Assembly: GCF_964188315.1 (NCBI RefSeq)
Contig: NC_135667.1
Span: 14,136,001-14,200,000, forward strand
Reading direction: 5' to 3'
Source of the DNA: Podarcis muralis
Lineage: Eukaryota
Length of the DNA: 64,000 nucleotides
Shown here: positions 59,656 to 64,000 of the stretch, piece after piece
Layout of the letters: each line of letters begins with the position of its first letter
Position numbering within the stretch: the stretch's first letter is position 1
Notes under the pieces: model-generated
The model's database searches: none
What the model was told of the DNA's origin: nothing
Seen by the model: only the letters and a program-made list of their open reading frames with translations
Position numbers and translations under genes: made by a program

Positions 59656-60948
59656 CTAATGGTAATGACAAGCAAGGGATTTTGAATAGAATAAGCTTGC
59701 TTCTCTCCAGAACTCTTATTGACATCTACGTCCACTTTGCAGCAGAAAGGTCACAGGACTGAAATTAGAGGATGACTGTCAAGCATTTCTTCCCTGGGCA
59801 AACATCAGGCCCCCCAATAAAGATGCTTTGTGCTGTCACTTAACCATTTGGCTAGCCCAGCACATGTCTGAATGGCAAAGAGAAGCTAGTGCCAACCTTC
59901 TCCTTCTTGATAAATTGATTCCTCATAACCCAATGCTGATTCCCTCCTGGAGGGAGAGGAGAGCTGGAATAAGGAGCCGGCAGCAGATGCTGCTTCTCCT
60001 TCTTACCAATTGTACTTGAACTTTCAGATTAAATTATACAATGCAGGTAGGTGTTACTTACATTGCTAATACATCTTAGGTATATTTTTATCTCAGATAA
60101 ATACTGTTACAGACTGACAGCAGCACAACAGAACATTCCTGCTGCTTTGTTTAGATTGCTCATAACTGCCATAGCTGTAGAAATTTACATAACGATTCCC
60201 TCTTATAATATGTGTGTTTTTTGTGGGGGGCCATTGGGTTTTTTATTTTCATTATGTATTATGTATGTATTCATTATGTATTATGTGATTTTTTTATGTT
60301 GATTTTATTCTGTGAACTGCCCTGAGACCTCCAGTTATATGGCAGTGTATAAATTCATTCATTCATTCATTCATTCCATCCATCAATCAATTTCTTCAGG
60401 CATATGACAGCACAGCATTCTATAGCCTTCTGAGCATCAGCCCTTTCCTTAGCCTTTTGGATGCTTTCATCCCACACTTTATGGCCAAGCCTGTATGGAG
60501 TTTGGCCTCATTATCAGCCTGATGGAGACCAACATCCTGGGACAGGATATCACCGGCACTCCATCCATCAACATTAGTGACCACACACTTCAGGTGGTAG
60601 ATGATTTTCTTTCTACCTGACTCCATATGGTGGGACAGAGTCTGAAACCATGATTGTTGCCAACAACACATTTGGAACACAACAGTCCCTTTTAGAGAGC
60701 TTTAAACACTTGCAAATTCCTCACTCAGAAAGACCTTGTTCTTAACCCTAAGCTCCTAATTAGCTTCAAACTAGTTCTGGATCAACAAATTTGAACAAAG
60801 TAACAAAGATAGTATTTGATCATGGAGTACTAGAGCTTTCCTCCCCACACTTCTCCTTTGTAGCCCTCTGTGTTTTCCTGGATCCCCTGATCTTCTCATT
60901 AAAGATGATGATGGATGATAATTAAAACAAAAAAATGGTCACACCCAC

Positions 60949-61176
60949 CTGCTTGAACTTGGGATTCCATGCAATGGCACTTCCATCCACTGCGAATTCT
61001 TTTCCTAGGGGGGCCTGAGGGTCCATTCTCCCCACTCGGATTCTCTGGAAGGACTTATTGGGAAATGTGACCAAGTTGAGGAGATCATAGCCACCTGCCT
61101 GCTGCCCCTTCTCATCCAAAGAGATTTCTTCCCCAGCACTGTTGTTGAAGTGGATGTTCTTCAGGAAGGAGTGAAG
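60949..61176 (-). CDS. V2R exon 4
   Basis: atctag|; LHSFLKNIHFNNSAGEEISLDEKG...YDLLNLVTFPNKS...WNPKFKQ|gtgggt; 228 nt. Confidence 0.94.
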
Positions 61177-61294
61177 CTAGATTGCAGGAGAAAAAAAGAC
61201 ACAGACCTTGGAGGCTAATACACTCTCTCTTTTCGATTTCCCAGTTGGACCTTTGGCTTTTTACTACCATTCATCAGTATGTTCTAGGATGCTG

Positions 61295-61469
61295 AAAGCT
61301 GCCTTACTGTGAGTGAAATCATTGCTCTATATAGCCCAGTCATTTCTACACTGGTTGCTATTGGCTCTCTAGGGTTTCAGAGTCTTTCCCATCATGATCT
61401 TGAGATGTTGGGGTTTGAACATGGGACCTTCTGAATGAAAGCAGATGTTCTGCCATTGAGCTGTAAGCC
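61295..61469 (-). mobile_element. Degenerate tRNA-derived SINE in V2R intron 3
   Basis: Reverse strand head cttacagctcaatggcagaacatctgc...gaaggtcccatgttcaaaccc with A/B-box-like motifs; a related fragment is at ~1170-1250. Confidence 0.5.
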
Positions 61470-61915
61470 TTTCCAGTTCCAATATTAAGAGACATGACTT
61501 GGTATGCTTTTCGACTTGCCATGGATTCTGGGTAATTCAGAAACCTCCTCCATTAACACCTGAAACTGCCTTGTGCTGAGTCAAACCATTGTTCTCTGTA
61601 GCCCAGAACTGTCTACTCTGAATGGCCACAGTTCTATTTGGCATACATTCAAGGTTTCAACCGAGTTCTTATAACAGAGGACACCCCTCATCCTTGTGCA
61701 GCCCCAAGTAGGAGAATCCTGGATGGATTAATTTAAAGAGCTTTGAATGTGTAGCTTCCAAAGCATGTGGCCTTTAACTGAGATCAAGTCCCTCCCAATG
61801 ATAGAGCTCACCACTGAAAATCCCCAAGGCCTCTCCTCCACGCCAAGGCTCAGCTGTTGAAACATATGAACCAGTAATAATAACTACAAACACAGATGAG
61901 AGTAGTTGACAATAC

Positions 61916-62764
61916 CTGCCAGGGCTTAACTTTTTGCTGTCTCCCTTTCTCACCCAGTACTTTCCGTTTGGCTCTTGAGGAATACATGCTATGGAGAGCA
62001 TGTGCTATTGCATGGACGGCATTGTAGATGGTGTAGCTCTGGCTGGATATTTCCATTTCAAACACGGGTCCAGTGAGTTTCTCCAGCTTCTTCCTCCCAG
62101 TGCAGTGTTCCTGAGTTGTGTGAATTAGATTGTGATCTGGGAATGAACAGAGGAATGCACTGGCCCAGAACTGCTGGATGAAATAAAGATTTGGCTGCCA
62201 TGGATTTATGGTCTGTAGAAAGTTCTGAAACCCAGGAACTGGATTTGAATGGAGTGTAAATGACAAAGTGCCATTGAAGGATTTTGAAGGAAAATTGCCT
62301 CCAACCGGCACTGCAGTGAAATCCCATTGAGCTGTTGTAATCCACACCCTCTCCACTGGGTACATAGAGAAAACCTCAAGGGAGATTAAAACCAGTCTCA
62401 AACCCTCTAGTGACTGACTGTCTCCATAGACAAGAATCACATTCATTTCCCTCCTTGTGAGAACAAACATGATTGGTCTCAATTTTTGTTGAACTAGCTC
62501 ATTAGGTAAAAATTTTGTCACTAGTGGGATCACCAATGTCCAAGAAATGCAGAGATTTTTCTGGGAAAGCCTTGGTCTGAGAGTACGAAGGAAGGTTTCT
62601 CCACTGTCATCATCTGAAACAAGGAGGCCAATCCAGTTCCACCCAAACTTCCTGAGTAGCCAAACAATGCCATCATACTGAGCTTCTTCATTGGGGACCA
62701 TTTGGAAGAAGGAAGGGAAGCGCCTTTGGTCACTCAGCCCTGGATCCAAGGAGCCATAGCTGAG
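61916..62764 (-). CDS. V2R exon 3 (Venus-flytrap domain)
   Basis: ccctttag|; LSYGSLDPGLSDQRRFPSFFQMVPNEEAQYDGIVWLLRKFGWNWIGLL...YTIYNAVHAIAHALH...PWQ|gtatt; 849 nt. Confidence 0.95.
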
Positions 62765-63231
62765 CTAAAGGGAAAAGATTTATATTTTTAAGAATTCAAA
62801 GACCATCTATTTGTTCAAAGAAAGAATACTTCTCTATTGTTGTGGTTAACCACCTGCTCTTACTTTTCTAAGTATACACCACTGACATTATTACATCTCA
62901 GGTTAGGAGAAGTTTCTAAGCCGGAGGCTGCATGCTCCCGTGATTATAAGCTTTGCAGCATGAACAGGTTTGGAAGAATCAGAGATTGAATGATTAGTAT
63001 TATGGGTTTATCCCCCCCCCCCCGCTGAAATCCCAATTGTAATTGAGATGGCAGTGTAGGCAACACATCGCTAGGAGGCTTTAACACAGTGACAGTACCC
63101 AAGAATGTCTAATGTAGGACACAAGTGTAGAAAACATGATGTAACGGGACTGAAAGCTAACATGGATGCTCTTTTTGGGTATTCTGTGTATGTCTGCCCT
63201 TGTGGTTGTATCTATGTATCTACACACATAC

Positions 63232-63523
63232 CTGTGGAATCTTGTAGGTGTTTAATATATTGGCCATCTCAATGGAGTTTTGGGAGGTGAGCCCTCCAAC
63301 GACGGCAATTAATTTATCTTCCCCATTACAGTGGTAATTGGGGGGATTTCGTTGTCCCATGAAAAGAAGAGCAAGAGTGTTCCAACAAGTTTGCAAAGGA
63401 TTAAAAGCATTCTCATAAAATGTTGATCCCAGTGTGATGTTGGATAAGAATTTGGCATTCTTGTTGATCTCTTGCATGGCAAAGACGAAGGCAAGAACAT
63501 GCTGGTAGTTTTTCGGGATCACA
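63232..63523 (-). CDS. V2R exon 2
   Basis: cattgcag|; VIPKNYQHVLAFVFAMQEINKN...NITLG...PPNYHC...AVVGGLTSQNSIEMANILNTYKIPQ|gtatgt; 292 nt. Confidence 0.95.
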
Positions 63524-63740
63524 CTGCAATGAGACAAAGAATGACTGCAAACATGACAGAAGAGAAACAACTGTGTTGAAGTTTTCATTTTGATTCATGC
63601 ATGTCTTTCACTTGGATGTTTCAGCCTACAGGACATTAACATTTTATTCAAACTAATGATACTACAGCAGTCTCCTAAGATATTATGATTAGATGTTCAG
63701 TATGTAAATGGTAGATTCAAGTAGATCCATTGTTGTGTTC

Positions 63741-63741
<1 letters not shown>

Positions 63742-63784
<43 letters not shown>

Positions 63785-64000
63785 TTATTTATACCCTGCC
63801 CATCTGGCTGAGTCTCCCCAGCCACACTCTGGGCAGCTCCCAATCAAGTATTAAAAACAATACAGCGTTAAATATTAAAAACTTCCCTGAACAGGGCTGC
63901 CTTCAGATGTCTTTTAAAGATAGGATAGCTACTTATTTCCTTCACATCTGAAGGGAGGGTGTTCCACAGGGTGGGCGCCACCACCGAGAAGGCCCTCTGT
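63742..64000 (-). mobile_element. L2 3' end with (TTA)n tail in V2R intron 1 (runs off the window)
   Basis: Reverse complement of the L2 3' end, same family as 22919-23523. Confidence 0.9.

Larger units (their letters stand above)
57844..63523 (-). other. Vomeronasal type-2 receptor (V2R, class C GPCR) gene, exons 2-6; exon 1 lies beyond the window end
   Basis: Five exons (292, 849, 228, 127 and 911 nt), all GT-AG, phase-compatible and stop-free, encoding ~800 aa: Venus-flytrap domain, cysteine-rich domain and 7TM. Confidence 0.93.

Noticed and set aside
1-64000. Prokaryotic-type systems (CRISPR arrays, operons, phage integrase locus)
   Set aside because: The sequence is vertebrate genomic DNA with spliceosomal introns; the integrase-like frame belongs to a eukaryotic YR retrotransposon, and the repeats are microsatellites or TEs.

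Overview
Eukaryotic, repeat-rich DNA from a squamate reptile. The SINE/LINE repertoire (Sauria SINE, RTE-BovB, L2 with microsatellite tails) points to a lizard, probably a lacertid (inference). The window holds a cluster of at least five secreted single-domain C-type lectin genes of the REG4-like / snake-venom-CTL-like type, labelled A-E here. On the + strand are the last exon of A and complete genes B and C; on the - strand are complete genes D and E, converging on C. Each complete gene has a TATA box, a non-coding exon 1 and five coding exons, which I spliced by hand into 156-165 aa proteins. Exons 2-6 of an apparently intact vomeronasal type-2 receptor (V2R, class C GPCR) follow on the - strand. 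Between D and E lies an internally deleted tyrosine-recombinase (Ngaro/DIRS-type) retrotransposon. Its recombinase is dead, but its SGNH-hydrolase ORF is intact and preceded by its own splice acceptor. A coding-less relative sits inside gene E. The rest is L2, L1, CR1, BovB and Copia fragments, SINEs, hAT and Tc1/mariner MITEs, a solo LTR and microsatellites, often with readable TSDs. Exon and TSD coordinates were read by hand. Boundaries of degraded repeats are approximate, and family names are from motif recognition, not database searches.
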